NCBI GenBank assembly: GCA_963827585.1
Contig: CAWHCK010000036.1
Location: 31,131-95,130 of the forward strand
Length of the DNA stretch: 64,000 nt
Origin: an uncultured Alphaproteobacteria bacterium
Lineage (GTDB): Bacteria; Pseudomonadota; Alphaproteobacteria; Rhizobiales; Xanthobacteraceae
Reading direction: 5' to 3'
Of this stretch, positions 42,196 to 52,645 are shown in pieces (the first letter of the stretch is position 1; every line of letters begins with the position of its first letter). The translations under genes were made by a program, and so were the position numbers. Below the pieces are notes generated by a model that saw nothing but the letters and a program-made list of their open reading frames with translations, did no database searches and was not told where the DNA came from.

Positions 42196-42290
42196 CGTAG
42201 GATGGGTTGAGCGCTATGCGAAACCCATCACACACGAGCACCGTGCTTGTGGAAAGATGATGGGTATCGCTTCGCTCCACCCATCCTACG
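42196..42290. repeat. REP-like nested inverted repeat (CGTAGGATGGGT... family)
   Basis: Outer arms cgtaggatgggttgagcg / cgctccacccatcctacg (1 mismatch); inner arms gcgaaacccatca / tgatgggtatcgc. Confidence 0.7.
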
Positions 42291-42309
42291 CAAGCGGTGA
42301 ATCATCGCG

Positions 42310-43818
42310 CTAATCCTGAAACGCCTCCTCCCGTCCTTTGCGGATCTTCGGCAGCAGCACCGCAGCGAGCAGGACCGCCGCGGTCAGCAGCAAGCCCGCG
42401 CTGATCGGCCGCTGCAGGAAGGTCAGCGGATTGCCGCGCGCGAGCAGCATGGCGGTGCGCAGCTTTTCCTCCAGCATGGGACCCAGCACGAAGCCGAGCG
42501 CGAGCGGCGCGGGCTCGCAGCCGAGCTTGTACAGCACGTAGCCGAAGACGCCGAAGCCTGCCGCCAGCACCACCTCGAAGCTGCTGTTGTGCACGCTGTA
42601 GATGCCGATGCTGCTGAACAGCAGGATGGCCGGAAACAACAGCCGATAGGGCACGCGAAGGAGCCGCACCCAGACGCCGATCAGCGGCAGGTTGATGACG
42701 ACCAGCATGGCATTGCCGAGCCACATGCTGGCGATCAGCCCCCAGAACAGGTCGGGCCGCTGGTCGAGCACCTCCGGCCCCGGCCGGATGCCGTGGATCA
42801 TCATGGCGCCGATCATGACCGCCATCACGGCATTGGGCGGGATGCCGAGCGTCAGCATCGGGATGAACGCGGTTTGCGCGCCCGCATTATTGGCGGATTC
42901 CGGCCCGGCGACGCCCTCCACCGCGCCCTGGCCGAAGCGCGTGGGATCCTTCGCCAGCTTGCGCTCGAGCGAATAGGACGCAAAGGCGCTCAGCACCGCG
43001 CCGCCGCCGGGCAGCACGCCGAGGACGCAGCCCAGCAACGTCCCGCGCACGGACGCGGGCCAGGCCAAACGGAAATCGTCGCGCGTCGGCCACAGGCGCT
43101 GGATTTTCGCGTGCAGAACGGAAACGCTCTGCGCGTCTTCGCCCTTCTCGAGGCTGGCAATGATGCTGCCGAAGCCGAATATGCCGACGGCGACGACGAC
43201 GAAGTCGATGCCGTCGAACAAGTCGGCGGCGCCGAAGGTGAAGCGCTGCAGCCCGGTATGGATGTCGGTGCCGACGAGACCGAGCAGCAGCCCGACCACG
43301 ATCATGGCCAGCGCCTTGGCGACCGATCCGCGTGCCATCACCACGGCGGCGACCAGACCGAGCACCATCAGCGAGAAATATTCCGCCGCGGTGAAGGTGA
43401 TGGCGAGCGCGGTGAGCGGCGTCACCAGCGCAGCGATCACGAGGGTGGCGACGGAGCCGGCAAAGAAGGAGCACAGCGCCGCCACCGCCAGCGCCGATCC
43501 GGCGCGTCCCTGGCGCGCCATCTCGTGGCCGTCGATGCAGGTGACGACGGACGAGCTTTCGCCGGGCAGGTTGACCAGGATGGCCGTGGTCGAGCCGCCG
43601 TATTGGGCGCCGTAGTAGATTGCGGACAGCATGATCAGCGCGGTGATCGGCTCGAGATAGAACGTGATGGGCAGGAGCATCGACAAGGTGGCCAGCGGTC
43701 CGATGCCCGGCAGCACGCCGATGAGCGTGCCGATCAGGCTGCCCAAGAGCGCAAACGCCAGATTTGCCGGTTTGAGCGCGGTCGCCATCCCGAGCGCAAG
43801 ATTGGCGAAGATGTCCAC
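42310..43818 (-). CDS. tctA: Tripartite tricarboxylate transporter large permease TctA
   Basis: 502-aa polytopic protein with TctA-family sequence (LGSLIGTLIGVLPGIGP..., PGGGAVLSAFASY). Confidence 0.9.
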   Translation of the reverse strand: MDIFANLALGMATALKPANLAFALLGSLIGTLIGVLPGIGPLATLSMLLPITFYLEPITALIMLSAIYYGAQYGGSTTAILVNLPGESSSVVTCIDGHEMARQGRAGSALAVAALCSFFAGSVATLVIAALVTPLTALAITFTAAEYFSLMVLGLVAAVVMARGSVAKALAMIVVGLLLGLVGTDIHTGLQRFTFGAADLFDGIDFVVVAVGIFGFGSIIASLEKGEDAQSVSVLHAKIQRLWPTRDDFRLAWPASVRGTLLGCVLGVLPGGGAVLSAFASYSLERKLAKDPTRFGQGAVEGVAGPESANNAGAQTAFIPMLTLGIPPNAVMAVMIGAMMIHGIRPGPEVLDQRPDLFWGLIASMWLGNAMLVVINLPLIGVWVRLLRVPYRLLFPAILLFSSIGIYSVHNSSFEVVLAAGFGVFGYVLYKLGCEPAPLALGFVLGPMLEEKLRTAMLLARGNPLTFLQRPISAGLLLTAAVLLAAVLLPKIRKGREEAFQD

Positions 43819-43819
43819 C

Positions 43820-44272
43820 TCAGAACTCCGGCCAGATCGGGATCGGCAGCCCGATGCCCCAGATGAAGACGGCGGTGGTCATCGCGCCGAGCACCACGGC
43901 GGCCGCGATCATCTCGAGTATGCGCACCCGCGGGCTGGCAAAGCCGCCGATGAGCGTGATGAGCGCGGTCGCGACCACGAGCCCCAGCGTCTGGATGGAA
44001 TAGGCGAAGGCGACGACCGCGGCGGTGATCAGGAGCACCGGACGCAGCCGCACGGCAGTAAGCGCCGGACCTTCGACGACGAGGGATCGCAGCGCGACGA
44101 ACAGGCCGATGACCGCGAGCAGCAGGCACAGCAGGCGCGGAAAGTAGCCGGAGCTCATGCGCACGGCGGTGCCGGTGGGATAGTCCCATGCCACCCACAG
44201 CGCGCCGCCCGCGATCGCCAGGAAGAACAGGCCGGCGAGCAGATCCTCCGGATTGCGGACGCGGATGCGCAC
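43820..44272 (-). CDS. tctB: Tripartite tricarboxylate transporter small subunit TctB
   Basis: 150 aa with 4 TM segments. Its stop lies 1 nt upstream of the tctA start. Confidence 0.8.
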   Translation of the reverse strand: MRIRVRNPEDLLAGLFFLAIAGGALWVAWDYPTGTAVRMSSGYFPRLLCLLLAVIGLFVALRSLVVEGPALTAVRLRPVLLITAAVVAFAYSIQTLGLVVATALITLIGGFASPRVRILEMIAAAVVLGAMTTAVFIWGIGLPIPIWPEF

Positions 44273-44336
44273 GTTGATACCCCCGACCGTGCCGCAGATG
44301 CGGCGCGCTCCCTCTATCCCGGCGACGCGTCTCCCC

Positions 44337-45321
44337 TTACTGCGTCTTGTCGACCATGGCCTTGGCTTCGGCGACGATCGGCGTCCAGTGTTGCACGTCC
44401 TTCGCCAGCCATGCCCGCGCCTCGTCGAGCGAGCGCGTCGGCAGCACGGTGAACTGCAGCTCTTCGAGCTGCTTCGCCGCTTTGCCGGAGGTGAGGACTT
44501 CGGCGATCGCCGCCGTCATGGTGTCGAGGATTTCCTTCGGCACCGCGCGCGGGGCGAACATGGCATTCCAGGCATTGGTGCCGATGCCGTCGAAGCCCGC
44601 TTCCTTGAGGGTGGGGACGTCCGGCAGCGCCGGCAGCCGCTGCTCGCTGGTGACCGCCAGCGCCTTGAGCTTTCCCGCCTTGACCAGCGGCGTCACCGTC
44701 GCGGCGTTCTGCAAGCGCGATCTGCACGGCGCCGTTCATGAGGTCGATCTGTCCGCCGCCGGCGCCCGCGCGCAACGGGATCGCCACCAGCTTGATGCCC
44801 GTGCGTTTCTGCAGCATGAGAAAGTCGATGTGCGAATAGGCGAGAATGCCGGCGGTGTTGTGATTGATCTCGCCCGGACGCGCCCGCGCATAGTCGACGA
44901 CCTCCTGCACGGTGTTGGGCGGGAAGTTCACCTTGGTCGCGAGGAAGACGCCGGGGACGTCGGCCAGCCGCGCCACCGGCACCAGATCCTTGAACGGATC
45001 GAACGCCATGGGCGGATCGCCGATCAGCGGCGTGAGCAGGTTGGTGGTGATGTTGCCGATGAGGAAGGTATAGCCGTCGGGCTTGGCACGCACGGTTTCC
45101 TGCAGCGCCACCACGCCGTTGCCGCCCGGCTTGTTCTCCACCACCACGGGCTGGTGGAATTTTTCCTTCAGGTGCTCGCCCAGGATGCGCGCAACGATGT
45201 CGGTCGCGCCGCCCGGGCCGTAGGGAACCACGATGCGGATCGGCTTCGATGGATAGTCCGCGGCCTGCGCGAGGGCTTGCACGCCCAGCAGCAGCGCCGC
45301 TGCCAACAGCAACCGTTTCAT
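44337..45321 (-). pseudogene. tctC: TctC (Bug-family) binding protein of the tctCBA operon, frame broken by one extra base at about 44715
   Basis: ORF 44314..45321 is good to ...GGGQIDLMNGAVQIA. Skipping one base continues as LQNAATVTPLVKAGKLKALAVTS..., matching ORF 44337..44714. Confidence 0.85.
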
Positions 45322-45396
45322 TTGATTCTCGCCTCTGCGTTTCGTCCCACCGGGGGAGGCTAGCAGAGCGTTGGGCTTGCGGCTACGCGCCGGCGG

Positions 45397-46525
45397 TCAC
45401 GCCGAGCCCCACACCTCGCGCGCGGTCTCGACCACGAGGCGCAACTTGGCGACCTCGCCGTCGACGTCCATGGTGTTGCCGCCGATGCCGCTGGAGAATC
45501 CGCATTGCGGGCTCAACGCGAGCTGCTCCAGCGGGGCGTGCTTGCTCGCGGCTTCGATGCGGCGCTTGAGCTCGTCCTTCGACTTCGAGCGCGCCGCTCT
45601 TGGTGGTGACGAGACCGAGCACGGCGACCTTGCCCTTGGGCAGAAAGCGCAGCGGCTCGAAGCCGCCGGCGCGGGCGCTGTCGTATTCGAGAAAATAGCC
45701 ATCGACGTTGATTGCGTTGAACAGGAGCTCGGCGATCGGCTCGTAGCCGCCTTCCGCCACCCAGGCGCCGGCGAAATTGCCGCGGCAGAGATGCATGCAC
45801 ACCGTCATTCCCTGCGGACGGTCCTTGATCGTGTCATTGAGCAGCTTGGCATAGGTTTGCGGCAAGGTGGCGGGATCCTCGCCGATATTGGCGACTTGCT
45901 TGCGCAGCTCGGCATCGCAGAGATAGGCGAGATTGACCTCGTCGATCTGCAGATAGCGGCAGCCGGCGGCTGCGAGGTCGCGGATCTCCTCGCGGTAGAG
46001 CCGCGCGAGATCGTCGTAGAAGTCGGCGATGTCGGGATAGGCGTCGGCGTCGATGGCCTCGCGGCCGCCGCGGAAATGCATGACGGTCGGCGAGGGCAGG
46101 GTGATCTTGGGCGTCGCCCGCGCGATCGATGCCAGGAACCTGAAATCGTCGACGAAAATTCCACCGCCGTCGGGACGCGCGAGCTTGCCGGTCACCTGCA
46201 TGGTCGGCGGGCTGTGCTGGCGGTCGCCTTGCGCGGAATGAAAGCGCACCGTGAGCTTGGAGGGGATCATCCGCACGTTCTTGAACTTCAGCATGAAGTC
46301 CCGGTGCCAGGAGTGGCGGTTGTATTCGCCGTCGGTGACGAGCCTGAGGCCGGCCTCCTCCTGCAGGCGGACCACGTCGCGGATCGCAGCCTGCTGGATG
46401 CGCGCGAACTCGGCCTCGGAGATCTCCTTTTTCTCCGACTTCTCACGTGCCGCGATCAGTTCGGCCGGCCGGATGAGGCTGCCGACATGGTCGGCGCGGA
46501 AGGGAGGCTTGGTGCGTTCCAGCAT
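45397..46525 (-). pseudogene. Cobalamin-independent methionine-synthase-like (MetE C-terminal domain family) protein, frame broken by one extra base at about 45583
   Basis: ORF 45383..46525 is good to ...VLGLVTTKSGALE. Skipping g45583 continues as SKDELKRRIEAASKHAPLEQLALSPQCGFSS... (ORF 45397..45702). Confidence 0.85.
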
Positions 46526-46549
46526 GGATGTCTCCGGGGCGGCGGCCCA

Positions 46550-46573
46550 CTATCGTGTTTTGACAAACGATAG
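46550..46573. promoter_or_regulatory. Dyad CTATCGT-N10-ACGATAG (candidate operator) in a divergent intergenic region
   Basis: Perfect 7-bp arms about 25 nt upstream of the MetE-like start. The loop contains TTGACA. Confidence 0.25.
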
Positions 46574-46689
46574 CACACGACACGCCGCTTCCGGCGCCGG
46601 TCTCAAGTCATGTAGACTGTGCCGCCGCCGTGCATATCGGCGCTGCACATAACGCACGCCGCCGATGCACGGCCGGCGGGGAGGAAACG

Positions 46690-47673
46690 ATGACGACGCG
46701 ACGAAACCTGTGGTCTGCCGTGGTTGCGCTCGGGCTTGCGGCCATGGTCGCCCCATCGGCACATGCCCAGACCCTCTATCCGGACCGGGTGATCAAGATG
46801 ATCGTGCCGTCGCCGGCCGGAGGTCAGACCGACGTGATGGCGCGCCTGATGGCGCAGAAGATGCAGCAGTCGCTCGCCCAGAGCGTGATCATCGAGAACC
46901 GCGCCGGCGCGGGAGGTGCGCTGGGGGCGCGGGCCGCGGCGGCCGCGGAGCCCGACGGCTATACGCTGTTCTACGGCAACACCAGCACGCTCGCGGTGAT
47001 TCCGGCGGTGTCAAAGAACCCCGGCTACGATCCGGTCAAGCATTACGCGCCGGTCGCAAGCGTGTCGGAGAGCTACATGATCCTGGTCGTGCATCCGTCG
47101 TTCCCGGCCCGGACGGTGCAGGAATTCGTCGCGCATGCGAAGGCCAATCCGGGCAAGCTCAACTACGCCCATGCCGGGGCCGGCAACGTAACTCATCTCA
47201 CCGGCGAAATGTTCCGTACGCTGGCGGGGATCGACTTCGTCAATGTGCCGCACAAGGGCGGCAACGAGTCCGTCCAAGGCGTCTTGGGCAACCAGGTCGA
47301 CTTCGCGCTGGAGAGCCCGGTCATCCTGCTGCCGCTGCTCAAGGACGGGAAGCTCCGGGCGCTCGCGGTCACCAGCGCCAGGCGCCAGGCGGAAATCCCG
47401 GATGTTCCGACCATGGTCGAGAGCGGGATCGACGGTTTCGTCGCGACCTTGTTGACCGGCGTGGTCGCCCCAGCCGGCACGCCCGCGCCGATCGTCGGCA
47501 AGCTCAACAGCGTGATCAACGAAAGCCTCAAAGCCCCTGACATGAAGGACCTGGTCGTGCGCTTCGGCTCCGAGGCGCGCGTCGGCTCGCCGCAGGAATT
47601 CGGGACCTTCCTCGCCGGCGAGACCCGCAAATGGGCCAACATCGCCAAGCAGGCGGGCGTGGCGCTGGACTGA
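46690..47673 (+). CDS. Bug/TctC-family solute-binding protein
   Basis: MTTRRNLWSAVVALGLAAMVAPSAHA then YPDRVIKMIVPSPAGG...EPDGYT. Confidence 0.85.
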   Translation: MTTRRNLWSAVVALGLAAMVAPSAHAQTLYPDRVIKMIVPSPAGGQTDVMARLMAQKMQQSLAQSVIIENRAGAGGALGARAAAAAEPDGYTLFYGNTSTLAVIPAVSKNPGYDPVKHYAPVASVSESYMILVVHPSFPARTVQEFVAHAKANPGKLNYAHAGAGNVTHLTGEMFRTLAGIDFVNVPHKGGNESVQGVLGNQVDFALESPVILLPLLKDGKLRALAVTSARRQAEIPDVPTMVESGIDGFVATLLTGVVAPAGTPAPIVGKLNSVINESLKAPDMKDLVVRFGSEARVGSPQEFGTFLAGETRKWANIAKQAGVALD

Positions 47674-47769
47674 AAACCCGGCCGGCACGGATATCGATGC
47701 TGGTTTCCGCCGATGTTCCCCCGGGCGGGATCGGCGGGCAACCGACGACTGCCATCAACGGAGAATGAG

Positions 47770-48741
47770 ATGAAAGCTGGCGTGGCAAGCGAAAAGGGAC
47801 TCGAAGTGCGCGACATTCCGCAACCGCGCCCGAAACCCAACGAGGTGCTGGTCAAGGTGCGGGCGGCGAGCCTCAACCGCGCCGATCTCACCACCGCGCG
47901 TGGGCTCCCGCACGGCAGCCATGGCGGGGTCGGCGCGCCGGTCGGCATCGACTGGGCGGGCGAGGTCGTGGAAACCGGCGCCGAGGTCCAGGGCAACTTC
48001 AAGCCCGGCGACCGCGTGATGTGCTCGGGCACTGGGGGCTACGCCGAATACGCCGTCACCGACTGGGGGCGCGTCTATCCGATCCCGGACGGCATGAGCT
48101 TCGAGCAGGCGGCGACCTTGCCGGTCGCGCTCGCCACCCTGCACAACGCGCTCATCACCGCCGGCCGCCTGCGGGCGGGCGAGAGCGTGATGATCCAGGG
48201 TGCAAGCTCGGGCGTCGGCCTCATGGGCTTGCAGATCGCCAGGCTCAAGGGCGCGAAGCTCGTGATCGGAACATCGACCAACGACGCGCGCCGAGCACGC
48301 CTGAAGGAATTCGGCGCCGATCTCGCCATCGATACGCGCGATCCCGCCTGGCCCGACGAAGTCAAGAAGGCGACCGACGGCAAGGGTGTCAACCTCGTGG
48401 TCGACATGCTGTCCGGTCCGGTGGTCGCGCAGACCATGAAGGCGATGGCGCTGCTCGGCCGCATCGTCAATGTCGGCCGTCTCGCCGGAACCAAGGCCGA
48501 GTTCGACTTCGACCTGCATGCGCTGCGCCGCATCGACTATATCGGCGTCACCTTCCGCACCCGCACCCTCGACGAGGTGCGCGAGATCGGCCGCCGCATG
48601 CACGCCGATCTCTGGGATGCGGTGACCGCCGGCAAGCTGTCGCTGCCGATCGATCGCCGCTTCCCGCTCGACCAGGCGGTCGAGGCGCAGGCGCATATGC
48701 GCGACAACAAGCATTTCGGAAAGATCGTGCTGACGATGTGA
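47770..48741 (+). CDS. Zinc-type alcohol dehydrogenase / NADPH:quinone reductase family oxidoreductase
   Basis: MDR fold; nucleotide motif GASSGVG; ends HFGKIVL. Confidence 0.8.
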   Translation: MKAGVASEKGLEVRDIPQPRPKPNEVLVKVRAASLNRADLTTARGLPHGSHGGVGAPVGIDWAGEVVETGAEVQGNFKPGDRVMCSGTGGYAEYAVTDWGRVYPIPDGMSFEQAATLPVALATLHNALITAGRLRAGESVMIQGASSGVGLMGLQIARLKGAKLVIGTSTNDARRARLKEFGADLAIDTRDPAWPDEVKKATDGKGVNLVVDMLSGPVVAQTMKAMALLGRIVNVGRLAGTKAEFDFDLHALRRIDYIGVTFRTRTLDEVREIGRRMHADLWDAVTAGKLSLPIDRRFPLDQAVEAQAHMRDNKHFGKIVLTM

Positions 48742-48765
48742 TACCAGCGGCACCAAACCACGATC

Positions 48766-48890
48766 CGTCATCCTGAGGTGCCCGCGCTCTTGCGCGGGCC
48801 TCGAAGGCCCCCGCTCGTTGCCTCCAGTGGCTAGGACGGGGCCGTCGCCCTTCGAGGCTCGCCCAAAAGGGCTCGCTCCTCAGGGTGACG
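48766..48890. repeat. REP-like composite palindromic element (CGTCA[TC]CCTGAGG termini)
   Basis: Terminal arms cgtcatcctgagg / cctcagggtgacg (1 mismatch), plus internal hairpins such as gcccgcgc-tctt-gcgcgggc. Confidence 0.65.
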
Positions 48891-48912
48891 GTGAGAGTGG
48901 CGAGCCAACGGC

Positions 48913-49902
48913 CTACATCTGAATATTCGCCGCCTTAATGATCGGTCCCCACTTGCGGATCTCGGCGGCGATGAAGGCCTTCGCCTGCTCCGGGGTGCCG
49001 CCGGCGGGCAGCGAGTCGAGCTTCATCAGGTCCTGGCTGCCCTTGTCGCCGCGGAGGAATGCGTTCGCGATCGTATTGATCTTGTCGACGATATCGGCGG
49101 GCGTGCCCGTCGGCGCCGCCAGCGCGAACCAGGCAGTGGCCTCGAAGCCGGGAAAGCCCGCCTGCTCGACGGTGGGAACATCGGGCAGTTGCTGCGTGCG
49201 CGTGGCACTGGTCACCGCGAGCGCGCGCAATCGTCCGCCCTGCACATGCGGCCCCGGGCTGGTGGTCAAGGTGCAGGCGAAGTCGAGCTGCCCGCCGACG
49301 AGATCGGTGAGCATTTGAGGCTCGGAACGATACGTCACCACCGTCATCTTGGCGCCGGTCTCGGCCATGAACGCTTCGAGCGTGATGTGAGCGGTGGTGC
49401 CGGCGCCCGGCACGCCGGCGTTGAGCTTGCCCGGATTGGCCTTGGCGTAGTCGACGAGTTGCTTGAGCGTGGTCGCCTCGACCTTGGGGTTCACGACGAA
49501 GATGTGCGGCAGCTTGGAGAGGATCACGATCGGCGTGAGCTCCCGCTCCGGATCGTATTGCATGCTGCTGAACATGAATTTGTTGAGCGCGAGCGAGGCG
49601 GCACCGGCCATCAGGATGGTATAGCCGTCGGGCGCCGCCTTGGCGGCCGCCATCGCGCCGATATTGCCGGCGGCGCCGGCGCGGTTGTCGACCACGAATT
49701 GCTGGCCGAGCTTGTCGCCGAGATCCTGCGCCACCGCGCGCCCCAACAGGTCCATCGCGCCCCCGGCGGGGAAGGGAATGATCAGAGTAACCGGGCGGGC
49801 CGGCCAAGTCTGGCTGCCTGGCGTCTGGGCGTTCGCGAACGAACTCGCGAACGGAGCAAGCGCGGTACCGATCAGCAATGAGCGGCGCGTAATCATGCCC
49901 AT
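48913..49902 (-). CDS. Bug/TctC-family solute-binding protein
   Basis: Tat/Sec-like leader MITRRSLLIGTALAPFASSFANA then WPARPVTLIIPFPAGG...APDGYT. Confidence 0.85.
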   Translation of the reverse strand: MGMITRRSLLIGTALAPFASSFANAQTPGSQTWPARPVTLIIPFPAGGAMDLLGRAVAQDLGDKLGQQFVVDNRAGAAGNIGAMAAAKAAPDGYTILMAGAASLALNKFMFSSMQYDPERELTPIVILSKLPHIFVVNPKVEATTLKQLVDYAKANPGKLNAGVPGAGTTAHITLEAFMAETGAKMTVVTYRSEPQMLTDLVGGQLDFACTLTTSPGPHVQGGRLRALAVTSATRTQQLPDVPTVEQAGFPGFEATAWFALAAPTGTPADIVDKINTIANAFLRGDKGSQDLMKLDSLPAGGTPEQAKAFIAAEIRKWGPIIKAANIQM

Positions 49903-50080
49903 GACGGTCCTCGACTGTTCTCGACCGACAATGCCGCACCAGCAGTGCCACCAAAGGATGGTTCAACCCAAAATTGTCAAGCCTTTTGCAAGGGCATGCT
50001 TTGCGCGGTCGCGAGTTGATCGCGAGTCAAATCTTCTCCAAGGTAAGTCATTCATCTCACCAACACCGCGAAAGGCACAT

Positions 50081-51067
50081 ATGTCCCGCAAGCTCGAGCT
50101 CACCTTCGCCTGCGGCGATTACGAGATCATGCGCGCCCTGAAGGAAGGCATCGTGTGCCCGGAAGGGATCGAGCTCACGGTGCTCACCGACATGGCGGCG
50201 TCGCCGCGGCACTGGCGCTTCCTGCGCGGTCGCGAATTCGATATCGCCGAGGTGTCGGGCTCGGGCTACGTGGCGGCGCGCGATCGGGACCTTCCGTTCC
50301 GGGCGATTCCGGTCTTTCCCCACCGCCGGTTCCGCCATGGCTTCATCTTCGTCAATACCTCGAAAGGCATCGGCAAGCCGACCGATCTGATCGGCCGCAA
50401 GGTCGGCACCAAGGGTTATCTGTTCACCGCCGGCCTGTGGATGCGCGGCATCCTGGAGCACGATTACGGCGTGCCGCACAAATCGATCGAATGGCTGAGC
50501 GAGACCGACGAGGACGTCGATTTCACGCCGCCGCCCGGCCTCAACATCACGCAGGTGCCGCTGGACAAGTCGCTCGAGGACATGCTGGTCGCGGGCGAGA
50601 TCGATGCGCTGCTCTCGCCCGACCTGATCCGGCCGCTCACCCGCGGCGACAAGCGGGTGGCGCGGCTGTTTCCGAACTACAAGGCCGAGGAAATGGCTTT
50701 CTACCGCACGACCGGCATCTTCCCGATCATGCACGTCGTCGGCATCAAGCAGGAGATCGTCGAGCGGCATCCGTGGGTGGCGATCAACATGTACAAGGCG
50801 TTCGAGCAGGCCAAGGCGCTGGCCATGCAACGAATGGAGAATCCGCGCATCGTCCCGCTCGCCTGGTACCGCGAGACCTGGGAGGAGCAGGAGCAGATCC
50901 TCGGCAAGGACCCTTGGGAATATGGACTGGGGGAGCGCAACGCCAAGAATTTCGAGCGGCTCGTGACCTATTCGCACGAGCAGGGCGTGATCAAGCGGCC
51001 GCTCCCACTCGATGAATTGTTCCTCAACGTCTCCGAGGGCCGCAAGCGCGACGAGTTCCGGATTTAG
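50081..51067 (+). CDS. 4,5-dihydroxyphthalate-decarboxylase-like protein (PhtD family, PBP fold)
   Basis: Collinear with PhtD as I recall it: FD.AE.S...IPVFP.R.FRH..I.....I..P.DL.G..VG...Y..TA..W.RGILE..YGV...YY..TGIFPIMH..GI......RHPW. Confidence 0.7.
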   Translation: MSRKLELTFACGDYEIMRALKEGIVCPEGIELTVLTDMAASPRHWRFLRGREFDIAEVSGSGYVAARDRDLPFRAIPVFPHRRFRHGFIFVNTSKGIGKPTDLIGRKVGTKGYLFTAGLWMRGILEHDYGVPHKSIEWLSETDEDVDFTPPPGLNITQVPLDKSLEDMLVAGEIDALLSPDLIRPLTRGDKRVARLFPNYKAEEMAFYRTTGIFPIMHVVGIKQEIVERHPWVAINMYKAFEQAKALAMQRMENPRIVPLAWYRETWEEQEQILGKDPWEYGLGERNAKNFERLVTYSHEQGVIKRPLPLDELFLNVSEGRKRDEFRI

Positions 51068-51088
51068 GGCGCATCCAACTCCGCGTGC

Positions 51089-51179
51089 GTCACCCGCGGG
51101 CTTGACCCGCGGGTCCATCGTTCTTCGCAAGACTTTTTCACGAAGGGCGATGGATTGCCGGGTCAAGCCCGGCAATGAC
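51089..51179. repeat. REP/MITE-like element, copy 2 (inverted relative to 29901..29988)
   Basis: Terminal modules identical to copy 1 in reverse complement; lies in the intergenic region after the PhtD-like gene. Confidence 0.8.
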
Positions 51180-51215
51180 CGCATTGGGCCTGACCGACAT
51201 CCGGGCTACCTATTG

Positions 51216-51440
51216 TCAGCTTTTCCTGATGCGAAACACCAGCACGTCGCCGTCGCGGGTGCTCAACTCGAGCTTGTCGCCGGTCTGGTTGAGGAGGTTC
51301 GGGATGTCGATGGCCGTGAGCGGGTCCGTGCATTCGGCGATCAGCATGTCGCCGGCCTTGAGCCCCGTCAGCGCCTTGCGCGCGCGCAGTGCCGGCAGGG
51401 GACATTTGAGCCCGCGCAAATTGATGGTCTTCTCGGCCAT
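51216..51440 (-). CDS. TusA/SirA-like sulfurtransferase
   Basis: 74 aa with the LKCPLP active-site Cys motif. Confidence 0.8.
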   Translation of the reverse strand: MAEKTINLRGLKCPLPALRARKALTGLKAGDMLIAECTDPLTAIDIPNLLNQTGDKLELSTRDGDVLVFRIRKS

Positions 51441-51529
51441 GTGATCTCGTCGCGTTTACGGGATATTCACCGCTGGCGCCGTTGCGGGACGGTTTCGCGG
51501 GACGACACAATATAATAGTGACACAGGCA

Positions 51530-52645
51530 ATGGTCGTGGAGCCCGACACCGCGCAACGCATCGCCCGGCTGACGCCGCTTGCAGACTTGCTCGCCCGTAT
51601 CGATGAACGGGTCAAGCCGGCGGCGCCGCAGCGGAGCGATCTCGCCGCCGCGGTAGGGCGTATTGTGGCCGAGGACGTCGTCATCCATGCTCCGCTTCCC
51701 GCCGCGGCGCGCGCGCTGTGCGACGGCTGGGCCACGCGATCCGATCTTACCACCGACGCCGGCGCCTATGTCCCGGCGCCGCTTCCTGCCGCCGTGCGGG
51801 TCGACGTCGGGGAGGCCCTCCCGCCCGCTGCCGATGCGGTCGCGCCGCTCGATGCGGTGACGATCCGCGATGGCGTGCCGCACGCTTTGGCCCCGGTCGG
51901 GCCCGGCGAAGGCGTGCTGCCGGCCGGCGCCGATGCCGCGCCTGGCACGACGCTGCTGCAAGCCGGCCGCCGCCTCGGCGGTGCGCAGATCGCGGTGCTC
52001 GCGGCGGCGGGCGTCAGCAGCGTGAGTGTCCGCGTGCCGCGCCTGCGCCTCGTGCCCGCCGGGCCGCGCAGGGATGCCGTGATCGATGCCGCGATCGCGT
52101 GCATCGCCGGCGCCATTGCGTCCGGGGGCGGTGCTGCCGTCATCAGCGCGTCGAACGATCTGGCAAACGCATTCGCCGACGCTGATGCCGTCATTGCCGT
52201 GGGCGGGACCGGCAGCGGCCGCCACGACGCCACCGTGCGAACGCTTGCGTCGCTGGGCGAGGTGCACGTGCACGGGGTCGCCTTGTTGCCCGCAGAGACG
52301 ACGGCATTCGCAACGGTGGGTGCGCGCCCGGTGCTGGCATTGCCGGGGCGGCTCGATGCGGCGCTGGCGGGCTGGCACGTCCTGGGCCAAGTCATGCTCG
52401 CGCGGCTCGCGGGCAGCCGGGAGCCGTTGCGTACTGGAACCGCCAAGCTCACCCACAAGGTGTCGTCGACCGTGGGGCTTGCCGAACTGGTGCCGGTGCG
52501 GTGCGAAGGCCTTTCCGCCACGCCCATAGCCTCGGGCTATGTGCCGCTCGCGGCGCTGGCGCAGGCCAATGGATGGATTTTGATCGCGCCCGAAAGCGAG
52601 GGCTATCCGGCGCATACCGAGGTCGTGATAAGACCTTGGCCATGA
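51530..52645 (+). CDS. MoeA-like molybdopterin molybdotransferase paralogue (divergent)
   Basis: MoeA layout (AVGRIVAEDV..., central MoCF-like VIAVGGTGSG, C-terminal beta domain). TATAAT at 51511-51516. Confidence 0.65.
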   Translation: MVVEPDTAQRIARLTPLADLLARIDERVKPAAPQRSDLAAAVGRIVAEDVVIHAPLPAAARALCDGWATRSDLTTDAGAYVPAPLPAAVRVDVGEALPPAADAVAPLDAVTIRDGVPHALAPVGPGEGVLPAGADAAPGTTLLQAGRRLGGAQIAVLAAAGVSSVSVRVPRLRLVPAGPRRDAVIDAAIACIAGAIASGGGAAVISASNDLANAFADADAVIAVGGTGSGRHDATVRTLASLGEVHVHGVALLPAETTAFATVGARPVLALPGRLDAALAGWHVLGQVMLARLAGSREPLRTGTAKLTHKVSSTVGLAELVPVRCEGLSATPIASGYVPLAALAQANGWILIAPESEGYPAHTEVVIRPWP

